NCBI GenBank assembly: GCA_002633005.1
Contig: NMRA01000126.1
Span: forward strand, 605,883 to 669,882
Reading direction: 5' to 3'
Length of the DNA: 64,000 nt
From: Phoronis australis
Taxonomy: Eukaryota > Animalia > Phoronida
Part shown: piece by piece, positions 53,101 to 64,000 of the stretch
Numbering within the stretch: position 1 is the stretch's first letter
Layout of the letters: the number at the start of each line of letters is the position of its first letter
Program-made: the position numbers and the translations under genes
The notes under the pieces: model-generated
What the model was told of the DNA's origin: nothing
What the model saw: the letters and a program-made list of their open reading frames with translations, nothing else
Databases searched by the model: none

Positions 53101-56100
53101 CATTAGGTGCAAACTAAAATTTTGTGCTAGACACTTCAAATTGACAGGTCTGATTTGCACAGGTAATTCAGTTTGGAATCCAAAGTTTCATGTCATTTAG
53201 TGCAAACATGGGGTCATTTGGTGCATTTTTCTTCTGAAAATTTGACCTTTTCAATCAGCAAGTATTCTGATGTGTCAACCATAGGACAACTGAGATTCTC
53301 AGCATTAAACACATTATTTATGGGCTTTGCAATAATTCTCCTAAAGACGCTTATAATGCCCCGGATAGGGTCAATTAGCGCAAAGGTCATGTAACATTCA
53401 AAATGTTATATCTCTTACATTTTTCAAGGAATTCTTTTCAATTTCAGCACACTGGTGTAAGTCAACATGCCAATTGAATACCCTACTTTACTTTGCAAAA
53501 GGCCTAACCAATCAGAAAAAAGGTCAAAGGTCACTGAGTGCAAACTAAAATTTTGAGCTAGAGACTTCAAAATTACATATCTGTTTACTAAGTGCGATTG
53601 AGTTTGAGTTCTAAATTTTCAGGTCATTTGGTGCACCCATGGGGTCATTAGGTGCATTTTTCTTCTGAAAGTTTGACCACTTCATTCATCTTGTATTCTG
53701 AAGTGCTTAAAGTAAAACATCTGTGATTATTAGCATTAACCACACTTTTAATCGAGTTAACAATTACTCCCTCATCGGGGCTCATAATGCACCGGAAGAG
53801 GTCAATTAGTGAAAAGGTCATCAAAAAATTAATATGTAATTTCTCCTACAATTTTAAAGAATTCCTTTTCATAGTGGTAAACGGGTTGCTGTCAGTAACT
53901 TCCCATAATAATTCCAGTAATACGCACGCGCAGAGTCCGTTATTGTCACGCCGTGACAATAATCTTTCTAGTTACCAATCTGTCATTACTTGGGTTATGT
54001 GACCATGTTTTTTGTAAAATTTAGCAAAAAAGAAAGGTACGCCATAGCGAAACAACAGTAGCAACAATATGACCTAATTTTGGTTATAAAAATATTGAAG
54101 GTGAACTCTCAAACAGCGCCATTACAGTTGTCTAAATGTTCATTTTGTTTTCCCTTATGCATTCCAACTTTCATTTTTTCAAAAAATCAAAGTTCTATTT
54201 TAATTGATAGCTCCTCATGCAAAACTGGAGCATTTTAAAAAAACAATTTCTGGTATTGTTTTGGAGAAAAGTGCACAAAGCATATCAGTTGAAAGTTTCA
54301 TATAAGAAACCAACTATTTCCGAAGTTAGCCAAATTTGTATTTTTGAAGGGTCCTACAACCAAGATTGAACGAACAAAATGTTGCGTTTTGTGAGTAACA
54401 GTAAAAAGTTGTGAAAGTGGTGGATGAAAATCCCTTTTTATGCGATAAGTTCAACCAGGAAAGTGATTACTAGTAAAATTATCATCAATCATTAAACCTA
54501 AGATCACCGTGACAACCACGCTTTTTCTGCTTTAGATACCAATACCCAAAATCATTACACCAAGCCAGGCACGGAGACCGTTGATGTTCCACGATGAAAT
54601 CTTCAAGTTCCACTGTTTTCCACTGGGGTTCTTGGCCTTTGAGGAAAAATCTACTTCATCAAGGCTACAATCTGCCTTTACTTTTTTTGCACTCGACCCC
54701 TCAGCATCATCAGACTGAAAAATGAAAAAAGCTTGGATGTATAAAACTTAATGTGTATTTTCACCAAAGTATACATAATCAAAATAACAATAACTCAGTT
54801 CACTAGGCAATGACCATCGCCTCTGTTGGCCCGAACCAGAGGCGATGCAGAGGCTATAGGCGCTCTGTACGCCGGAAGCTTTTCGGCGAATTATGCCTAA
54901 CTAAACGACTAAACCATCAAAGTCACGTTGTTATAAATACCTTTTGCGCATAGAGGAACACCTTAGGAGATGGTCGATGTGTTTAATTCCTTCCAACTCG
55001 AACAAATACTCCCGTTATGAAACTTTTTCTTCGAGCAGTCTCTATTTCAGTTCCCAAAATTGTGAACTCAACATTTTTTTATACTGCGCACGCTCTAATT
55101 TTTACCGCGCTCGCTAGATGATGTGACTTCATGAACTCAATCTTTAAATAGGCCAAAGGTGAGCCATTGCGGTCTTGTCAGTCAAATGAGGGTTTCCCCA
55201 AAATGCCACTGTCTTTAATTGGCGTTACTTGAAACTGATTGTATTTCAATGAATTGTTTGTATTTGATAAAAATAAATGCTGTTGATATGACATTTAAAA
55301 TGGTCGCTAGGGCCACCTTGCACGGGATGCGACAAGACCACGACGAATCCATACACGCTTTCGGCGCCCGCTTGCGGGGCCAAGCCAGCATTTGCAAGTT
55401 CAGCTTACCATGCCCTAACTGCAACTACGCCGTCAATTACACAGACCCCATTATACGCGACTGTCTATCCCTCGGTATTATTGACAACTCACTGTCGCGC
55501 GGGACCGTCGACGCACAGCTTCCGGACGGTCATTCACACGACCCAGAACCTAACGTGACCACTGCAGATCCTACGCCTGTCCTGAGCTCTTCCGAGCCCA
55601 GCCCTGCTGCAGAACCCCCGGCCCCTCGACGGTCTACTCGGGAACGTCGAAAACCGGCCTGGCTGGACGATTTTGATACTTCATAATACATTACTCTTAG
55701 TTATTGCGTCCCTCCATAACTTAGGGGGAGGTAGAGAATTATATAATAGTTCATACTATAACCACTAGGTGTCTCTGTAGCTAGCTTCCCACCATTGTCT
55801 TAGTGGCTACACATTGATATTACATAGAGGTAGGGATTATCACCTTTTCCACGTGTATTCACTTTATATCCCGTTTATAGTACATTGTCATTACCCTTGA
55901 GCTATCCAGTAAGCATTCTCTTTACTTGTACTTCTAGGTCTCCATCATTCTTTCAATAAAGGTTGACAAGAAATGACGAATGTTTATCTAGTGTTCCTCT
56001 ATGCGCAAAAGGTATTTATAACAACGTGACTTTGATGGTTTAGTCGGTGAGAGGCATAATTCACCGAAAAGCTTCCGGCATACAGAGCGCCTATAGCCTC

Positions 56101-57726
56101 TGCATCGCCTCTAGTTCGGGCCAACAGAGGCGATGGTCATTGCCAATCAGTTCACCACCTTTAAACTACAAAGCCTGGAGATTCTCCACACTCCGACAAG
56201 ATCGAGGCATGCACACGTCTTATAAGTCCACTCGGGTTTATTCCAAAAATTATTTATCTAGAAGAATGGAGTTTCCCTTCAAAAATTACCCTCTATAATT
56301 CAAAAATTTGAGTGCACAAAAGTGAAATGACAAAACTGCATGCCTGGGTGCCATTGTCTTGTTACAGACACAGGTAGGCAATGACCATCGCCTCTGTTGG
56401 CCCGAACCAGAGGCGATGCAGAGGCTATAGGCGCTCTGTACGCTGGAAGCTTTTCGGCGAATTATGCCTCGCACCGACTAAACCATCAAAGTCACGTTGT
56501 TATAAATACCTTTTGCGCATAGAGGAACACCTTAGGAGGTTGTCGATGTGTTTAAGTCCTTCCAACTCGAACAAATACTCCCGTTATGAAACTTTTTCTT
56601 CGATCAGTCCCTATTTCAGTTCCCAAAATCGTGAAATCAAAATTTTTGTTCTGCGCACGCTCCAATTTTTACCGCGCTCGCTAGGTGATGTGACTTCATA
56701 ACCTCAATAATTTTTAAATAGGCCAAAGGTGAGCCATTGCGGTCTTGTCAGTCAAATGTTTGTTTCCAAAATGCCACCACTTATACATGTCTTTAATTGG
56801 CGTTACTTGAAACTGTTTGTATTTCAATGAATTATTGTTTGTATTTGATAAAAATAAATGCTGTTGATATGACATTTAATAGTCTTTGTGCACATATTTG
56901 ACATTTTAATGTTTAACAACACGGCAAATGCACGGCTGGTTCCCGGCAGGACGTACGCGAAGGGCGGGAACTTCAGCTTTCAAAGTTCGCCGGTAGGTCC
57001 GCAACATCTAACCTTCGGCCTGGTTAAAAAATGAAAAAGTTGATTTCACGATTTTGGGAACTGAAATAGGGACTGCTCGAAGAAAAAGTTTGATAATGGG
57101 AGTATTTGTTCGAGTTGGAAGGAATTAAACACATCGACAACCTCCTCAGGTGTTCCTCTATGCGCAAAAGGTATTTATAACAACGTGACTTGGATGGTTT
57201 TGTCGGTGCGAGGCATAATTCGCCGAAAAGCTTCCGGCGTACAGAGCGCCTATAGCCTCTGCATCGCCTCTGCTTCGGGCCAACAGAGGCGATGGTCATT
57301 GGCATTGCCTAAGCCACAGGCACGTAGAGTTTCTGCTTCTAGTCATAATGAATTTCACTGTTGTGAGGCACAGCATGCACCGACACACTGACACTGGCAA
57401 CACGGCCACAGCAATCAAGTAGGGGGCCATGCCCCCCCCCCCCCNCCCCCTAAAATTCTCACAGATTCCATTTGGCAGTACGGTGGTGCGAATGTCTGAC
57501 AGTGACAGGCAAAATCCTGGGTAATACTCTGCCCTGGCCCCCCAACTCAAAATCCAGGATCCGCCCCTGCAATCAGTCTGTAATGATTCCGACGCAAACT
57601 CTAGAAAGTACAAAGACAAATCAGAACCTTTCTCTTCGATGCCATAGTCACAACACAAGATGTGCAACGGATTCTTCTACTGAGAACAATCACCACAGCA
57701 GAGTAAAGGGCTTTGTACGCTCGCAT
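47059..57726 (-). CDS. APEX1: AP endonuclease 1 (ExoIII family); 297 aa from ATG 57645 or 324 aa from upstream ATG 57726
   Basis: Minus-strand exons 57628-57645 (or 57628-57726), 54559-54714, 51383-51581, 50185-50256, 48519-48665, 47608-47791, 47059-47176 (TAA). Motifs: [81 protein letters not shown]. Exon 1 (MASKRK joined to [13 protein letters not shown], a bipartite NLS-like stretch) is the least certain. Confidence 0.93.
48924..49218. mobile_element. hAT-like MITE (CAGGGATATT...AATATCCCTG)
   Basis: 14-bp TIR with one mismatch; flanks gcatgg / gcatag. Confidence 0.6.
52184..52350. repeat. Minisatellite, 34-bp unit (ggcattggtattgcatgtgagagtgaagtagatt), about 5 copies
   Basis: Directly visible; produces repetitive spurious ORFs at 52073-52388. 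Confidence 0.9.
52677..53973 (+). mobile_element. Helentron-associated non-autonomous element (HINE/DINE-1-like) with ~431-bp internal tandem repeats
   Basis: Subterminal IR actctgcgcgtg (52681) / cacgcgcagagt (53925); (ttattc)n microsatellite; caaaggtcat-type repeat unit at about 52950, 53381 and 53811; 3' palindrome ttattgtcacg-c-cgtgacaataa (53940-53962) followed by ctagtt. Confidence 0.75.
54804..56146. mobile_element. Mutator-like (MULE) non-autonomous element with long TIRs and a perfect 9-bp TSD
   Basis: Ends TAGGCAATGACC... / ...GGTCATTGCCAA; TSD tcagttcac at 54795-54803 and 56147-56155. Confidence 0.85.
55298..55990 (+). mobile_element. Internally deleted Ty3/Gypsy fragment (gag piece fused to integrase tail, PPT, 3' LTR) nested in the MULE
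   Basis: ORF 55219-55686 has gag-like [36 protein letters not shown] and a pol C-terminal-like [17 protein letters not shown]; PPT-like aacttagggggag at 55718-55730; downstream LTR-like stretch with AATAAA. Confidence 0.65.
56375..57311. mobile_element. Second Mutator-like element of the same family (~270-bp TIRs, 9-bp TSD with one mismatch)
   Basis: TAGGCAATGACC at 56375 and CATTGCCTA at 57303-57311; flanks agacacagg / agccacagg. Confidence 0.85.
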
Positions 57727-57896
57727 GTGTTTTGAGTGGAGCGCCGTCTGTGGACGATCAACTGCGCATTAGATTTCGCGCATAAATAATGTTTACTTCC
57801 GTTTTGTGACTCAGAAAATCTTGTGATTTTTCGTCAAGCTGATATTTTTATGTGCAGTTATCACTCTTTGATAGATCATTCGAAGAACTGCTCACA
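57727..57896. promoter_or_regulatory. Putative bidirectional promoter between APEX1 and IST1
   Basis: About 170 bp between divergent ATGs; CpG-containing; TGCGCA (NRF1-like) at 57763 and ACTTCCG (ETS-like) at 57795. Confidence 0.6.
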
Positions 57897-60800
57897 ATGT
57901 TTAAAAGCGGGCCTAAATATGAAAAGTTAAAAGTAAATTTACGTCTCTGTATCAACAGGCTTAAATTATTGGAGAAGAAGAAGACCGAACAAGCTTTGAA
58001 ATCCCGGAAAGAAATTGCCGATTACATTTTAAATGGCAAGGAAGACAGAGCCAGAATACGAGTAGAGCATATAATCAGGGAAGATTATTACGTCGAGGCC
58101 ATGGAAATACTCGAGCTTTACTGTGATTTGTTACTGGCTAGGTTTGGCCTAATTGAATTGCAGTCGTAAGTATTTGAAAGGGACAATAAACTCCACTATC
58201 CTAGCATTCAGCCAGCTAGCTGTATGAAGACTGTTGTCAAAATACAGCTAGGTACCACTGTGTGTATTTCTTCCATAGACCCCGAAATTCCACGTAGCCA
58301 GGATAGTTCTGCTCGTCACCGCACCGTGAAACTTGTATCAAAATGTAAAGCTTAAGACCGAACGAGGTGCATGCAACATCTGGGAATCAACCAATACTCA
58401 CCTTGCCCGTTACAGCCGTTTAAGTGAAAAACAATACAATAAACGTCATTTTCGTGCATAACTCTCCGTCTTTTCTAGCAATGAAAAGTATGCCGTCGTT
58501 TGGAAAAAAAAACGCTCGTGTCACGCGCACGCGCCATTTCCTAAATTTTCGCGACAACTTCGGAGAAGCAAAATTTTTCTGAAATTCGGATTTTCGGTAT
58601 CGGAATTCTAAAAATTTGTAATAGAATGAAACCAGGTCCAATAATTTGAAGAAGCGGCGAAAAAAGAAACTGGCCAATAGGTGATGCAATATTTCATGGC
58701 ACCGAAAGCCGTCGCTAAAGATCGCTCCACAACTTTAGCAGCAGAATAATGGTAGAACGCCATTTTTTCCAGCTGTTAAGTAATTTTGTTTACTCAAGGA
58801 AGACTAGTTTTTAATGACACTAATTTTGTGTCAGATTTTATCTTACCACTTTTTTACCCACATCGGTGCAAAGCTGTATATTTATATACAGCTTTGTACT
58901 AAGGCTATCCCTAGCCCTAGGCCTAGCTAGACAGTGACCACCATCTGTAGCTGGCTCAGTAGAGATGGTGTAGCTCTTATAGGCACTTCTTATGCCAGAA
59001 GCTTTTTGGCGAATTTTGCCTCACACTAATTAAAACATCAAAGTCACGTAGTTATAACTTATGCGCATAGAGGGACACCGTAGCCTAGGAGGTCGTCGAT
59101 GTCTTTAATTCCTTCCAACTTGAACAAATACTAATGTTATCAAACTTTTTCTTCAAGCAGTCCATCGTTCAGTTCCCAAATTTTGTAACTGGCCATTTTT
59201 ACACTGCTCATGCCAGAGGATATGACGTCACATCACCTGCCGCGCATATCTTGAGTTGGCACTAAAGTAGAACTAAAAGTAGCAATGATAATTTTGATTT
59301 CGAGTACAAAGATTAGGTCGCAGGTCCTTTGGCCAGACTTTACCTTTTCTTATCCTCGAATATATGGCATGAGTTCTGGACATAAGAAAAATTGACAATT
59401 ATTGGCTCTGGCCATGCCCTGCACAGACCTGACTGTCCATGCCAACTTAACCTTGTACTTGCATTGTAGCACAATGGACCCTGGGTTGGAAGAAGCCATC
59501 TCCACATTGATCTGGGCCACCCCACGGGTGCAAGGAGATGTTCAAGAGTTCAAGGTTATTTCTGAGCAATTTACTGCTAAGTATGGCAAAGTGTACGCGG
59601 ATTCTGTCCGGTCAAACTCGAGTAGAGTCAATGAGAAAGTGATTCACAGGTTAGGAGTCAGTGCACCTCCACGTTCCTTAATTGAGAACTATATGATAGA
59701 AATTGCCAGGAATTATAAAGTCCCATTTGAGCCTGACCCAACTGTCATGAAGGAGGACGAGATTTATCTGGCTGAGAACATGCTGATTAATTTAAATGAA
59801 GACAAGAAGAACGATACTGGTGGTGGCGGGGGCGGCACCGGTGTCGGGTGGACAGTATCACCACAGAATCCAGTGGATCCCAGTACACCATTTGCCTACC
59901 CTATGCCTAATCAAGTGAGTTGTCTTCAGACAGTATTATCAATGTACCTGTCATGTAACAGGTTTTAATGGTTGGTATTGTCTCGCCAGTCTCAACATAT
60001 ATTCACTTTCCTGTTATCTTTGGTCTCAGTTCTAAAATTATTTTATGCACTGTTATATTGTTTTGCTTGTCTCCCATGGACAAGGTATCTGGGAGACTGA
60101 ATGTTCAGCCATGGTGGCCATCCTGAAATGACATGGGCATTGTTGTTCGAGTCACAGACTAATACTAAATCTGAATGGACTGATAAGATTTACAACTAGA
60201 GTTAAATTCCTGCCATCAATGTATTTTGTAGTATATTTGAAAATTGAAATTCCATGAAAGTATAACTTTCTTCGGTAATTTGTTAATTGGTTAACTTGCT
60301 GTCATACTGGCGTTTAGTCATTATAATCATTAGGATTATAATTATTGTGCTTACATCTATTCACAGGCATCTGGAGCAAGTGGTGGTGGTCCTCCCCCCA
60401 TTGCAAGTCACGCCCCTGTAGGACCTGGTCATGCACCAGTCTTCACACAGCCTCCTGCCCCTAACTACAACCAGCTGTACATGGGTCAAACTAATGGTAA
60501 ACTCTATAGTTAGTCAAAATTCTTCACATTTTATTCAGATTTGAGCAATTGTTTCTTCAAACTCGGAAGTGATGAGGAAAAAAACATTTTGGATTACATT
60601 TTGTGAGGTGTTGATTAAAGCTTTCCTAGTCACTGTAGTGGATGCAAAGTATTTTTTGTTGACAGTGATTTTTTTATAAAAACACAATATCAATTAAGGG
60701 ATATTCAATTCATGACTGCGTGTGACTGGGATGAGAAATAGTTTTTGCTGTGTACTGTTCTGCATGACATTTTAAAATATTGACGTGTTTCGTGGAGACA

Positions 60801-62196
60801 GTAAACCAAGTTCTACTATTTTTCTACTTCCATGAAAAATTGATCAGGTCTTATGATTACTACTCAACTTGCCTGATATCTAGTAAGTAAATCTAGTAAG
60901 TAAATCTAGTAAGTAAATCTGGTAAGTAAATCTAGTAAGTAAATCTAGTAAGTAAATCTAGTAAGTAAATCTAGTAAGTAAATCTAGTAAGTAAATCTAG
61001 TAAGTGTGGTCAGATGGTCATCATTGTATTGACACACAATAGAAGTTTATGAAGAACTATGAACTAGAGGCCTGGGGTTGTTTACTGAAATTATAATTGA
61101 CTGTTTAGAGAGTATTTGTGAGGACTTTGGGTTTTTATATGAAGATACCAACGTAGTCTTTTGTTATAGTGGTCATAAACTCATGTTCTGGACTAGAAGC
61201 CAATTTTTAATGTAGACCACTTACCGATTTGAAATTCATCTCTACTAGTTTCTTACATTCTCAGATGAAAAGTAATTTCGGGGTTTGAAAGAATTCACCG
61301 TGTGACAGTTCGTTATTCATTGCGCTTAAAATGACTTGTCGTGACAAGGTAACTTGTTGAGCGTGGTCTCAAGCAATGATGAGTTGTCCCTTTGCAGTCC
61401 TGAAATCACCTCAATTTAACTATTTAAGGAACAATTTGAGACCAATTTTATGGTGGTAGTCAAATGAAAGGAAGCTGAGTTTATAACTTTTCTGTGCTTC
61501 CTTTTGTGCAGCATCACTTGTATGTTGATACGCAGGCCAATTATCTACCATGCTTCAAAGTGTTATTACTAGTTAAAGTCATTCTTAATGCTCTAGTTGC
61601 TCTGCTCCTCTCTGAAGGAGCTTAAATCAACCATTACTTATATCGTGGATAGTTGGAGCCCTGTAGTTGTTGTATTCATACAAAGTGCTGTTGGTTGTGT
61701 CTCTCATCGGGCAAACCTTGGATGTGGGAGTTATTGTAAACCTACTGCACTTTCTTTAAAGTCACTACTCCCACTTCACTACCAATTGAGTGCAGATGAC
61801 CATAGTTAGTTTTCTCGCCAATATCTTATATTGTAGGAAGTTGAATTGAAGAGTTCTCTTGGCAAGTCATGTTTGTCATCATCTGATACCAGCATGTAAT
61901 TTATTTAACAGAATCAAATACAGTCCCCTCCATAACTGGATAATATCTTATACATGTAAGACTGAGGTGACAGTTTCTGAATCATTGCTTGCCACTTTCA
62001 TTACGCTACAGGTACCCCCTATCCCCAGGCTGGACCTCTACCCTCTAAGACACAAGCTTCAGACACTTTGCCAGACTTTCCTGAACTTCCAAGCGTGCCA
62101 GACAGTGCGACCCCTAGTGGCAAGTCAGCTGGTGGAGAAGATGTTGATTTTGATGATTTGACGAAAAGATTTGAGGAATTAAAAAAGAAAAAGTAA
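57897..62196 (+). CDS. IST1: IST1 homolog (ESCRT-III-associated factor), about 342 aa
   Basis: Exons 57897-58165, 59470-59914, 60367-60496, 62012-62196 (TAA). N-terminal LKVNLRLCINRLKLLEKKK...ARIRVEHIIRED...CDLLLARFGLI; C-terminal MIM2-like FPELPSVP and MIM1 DVDFDDLTKRFEELKKKK. Confidence 0.95.
58928..59200 (+). mobile_element. Older, diverged solo TIR of the same MULE family in IST1 intron 1
   Basis: Aligns with 54804-55100 (gaagctttttggcgaatt, catcaaagtcacg, ttaattccttccaact, cagttcccaaa). Confidence 0.75.
60878..61005. repeat. Minisatellite, 13-bp unit (atctagtaagtaa), about 10 copies
   Basis: Nearly perfect tandem array in IST1 intron 3. Confidence 0.92.
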
Positions 62197-64000
62197 ATTG
62201 CGTTCATGTTTTTACAAAATTGTTGCAAAGAAGCGAAAAGTGATGGTTCTACAACACAATTTTTAGAGACCAATGATGAGCTTTTTGAAGTAATGTTGAG
62301 CAGTCAAATGATGGGGTCCCTCTTGCTTACAGAGTGAATGTTTATCTATTATTCATATGTTTTAAGTGTATCTCTTTCACTTAAAAATTACTCGTTATTC
62401 ATTAATCCATAAGTATGGCACCTATGCCAACCTCGGGGATTTTTAAGTACCTTCCTTGTAGAAAGTTTAATTCCTTATATCAGCTAAAGGGCACTTGTTG
62501 TCAATCCTAGTCTCTCATAGCCTACAGTTGGCATTAGTGACCTTGCACTTGGCTTAGTCATGTTGCTGTTTGGCTGTCTATATTCATGCCAACTTACCAG
62601 AACATGTAAATATTTACATTTGCATATTTGCGTGGGTGAATATTTTTACTTGGTTCCCTGTTATCATCTGACACTCTGCTCTGGAGTCAACGTGGGTGAT
62701 ATTTATTGACGAATGATTGTTAGTCCTGTATGAAACATTACGCCAAAACTGTGAAGCCAGCTTCCTCGGTTTCACTACAAAAATGTTCCACTCACACCAA
62801 AGCGAGAACTTTAACCTGGTTCAAAGGTCAGGTTATTGGTTTTACAGTTCATTAGAAAATGCATTTTGGGATTATTTTTGGATGGAATAGTGTTCTTAAA
62901 GTTATTAGCTTGACCAAAACCTAAAACAACAAAAACCTTTTGTTTTTTTTGATTTTATTTCAAACAGCAATTCTCGCTGTTGTATGCCAGACTTTCGCTG
63001 AAATTTAGGCTTGTGACTTTACCAGTTAGACATGCATAAAAACTTTGTCATTAATAGAGGGAGATTAATTTCACCCAGCAGAGTGTTAGACTGCGACTGC
63101 GGACATTCGCTTATAATTTGACGCTGAGGCTGATCTCATAAAATCCCTTTTCTCACAGTGCCCCTTTCAAGGTTCTAACTTTTGGTGTCATTATTTTAAA
63201 AGCAGTTGTGAAAGTTTTAAATGTAGCGCAGTTGTGTATGAAAGGAATTCATTGGAAATGACCTCCAGTGGCTTAAACTGGGTACATGGGTTTTAACAGT
63301 TACACCTCTAAGTGTAAACGGATTCACCTAAGTAGTAATTAAGTGGCTCCCGTTCAGTAGGACCTCGCTAAAAAGCAAGACTGTGAGATTACGCGAGATA
63401 TTGCTGTGTATTTTAAATGAGAACTTGTGATTTTGGCTAGATTTTTACTACGTCCTAGCGTAGGTCCTAGCGTTACTGAACACACGCCTGCTGTTATTTG
63501 AACAGGAAATTGGTTTATGTATTTCACTGTCTAGTGCTTGTTGGTCTTTGAGCATGTTATTTAACACTTGATACACGTTATGTTCTTGTTAATCATTTAT
63601 TTAGAGCTTTGAGTTTTGTATAAAGCAAAAGTGTTCATTTTTATGCAAGGTACCCAAAATAGTTAAAAATAACTATTTCAGGAGATATGCACTATTTAAG
63701 CTCTGTTTCATGAAAAGTAACTTTAAGTCAGAAATTTGATCTTGCGCTCTCACATCACAGCCCATAAATAATTCATACAAATTATATTGTCTAGCAGTTA
63801 TGGGTATATTCTCAGACTTAATACTTTTGCTAAAATGGGATTCAGTCATATTTCAGAAGTAGTTGTGTGGAGAGTAAAACCAAATTTCTGGCTAGTCTCA
63901 AATCACTTTTGATGAAACTGGCCGCTGGGCAGCAAGTTGATCAGACTACTGCTTTTCTGTACAACATAATTATAAATGTAACTTGAGTAGTGTAAACAAA

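Noticed and set aside
56286-56354. ATG at about 56354 (MAPR...) as the APEX1 start exon
   Set aside because: No GT donor in the phase required by the 54714 acceptor; the 57628-57645 exon fits in phase 0 and completes an NLS-like motif.
56047-57391. Repeated ORFs (MTIASVGP..., MRGIIRRK...) as a small gene family
   Set aside because: They are translations of the MULE terminal inverted repeats.
57416-57570. Poly-C tract with an N and a ggatccgcccctg end
   Set aside because: Probably a Harbinger-like MITE remnant with a low-quality homopolymer base call; the left end cannot be defined.

Overview
Intron-rich, AT-rich eukaryotic (metazoan, probably marine invertebrate) genomic DNA, not a prokaryotic locus. 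I reconstructed four spliced protein-coding genes by hand with GT-AG, phase-consistent junctions. (1) The 3' part of an outer-arm axonemal dynein heavy chain of the DNAH5/DNAH8 family (+, 476-30488, 35 exons, about 2470 aa). (2) An unnamed type-I membrane protein with signal peptide, two CUB domains, a TM helix and a long basic disordered tail (-, 35123-43902). (3) AP endonuclease APEX1 (-, 47059-57726). (4) ESCRT-III factor IST1 (+, 57897-62196), head-to-head with APEX1 across about 170 bp. Introns hold many transposon relics: two Mutator-like elements with 9-bp target-site duplications (TSDs), one carrying a Gypsy fragment; a decayed Penelope element with inverted terminal repeats; a Helentron/HINE-like element; hAT-, CACTA- and Tc1/mariner-like MITEs; a long-hairpin element with a tRNA-like Pol III box; tRNA-derived SINEs; and minisatellites. 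The most interesting signals are an in-frame upstream ATG giving APEX1 a mitochondrial-presequence-like extension, tandem copies of the APEX1 catalytic C-terminus in its own 3' UTR, a candidate 18-nt dynein microexon, and two alternative signal-peptide exons in the CUB gene. All family assignments come from motif recognition; no database searches were run.
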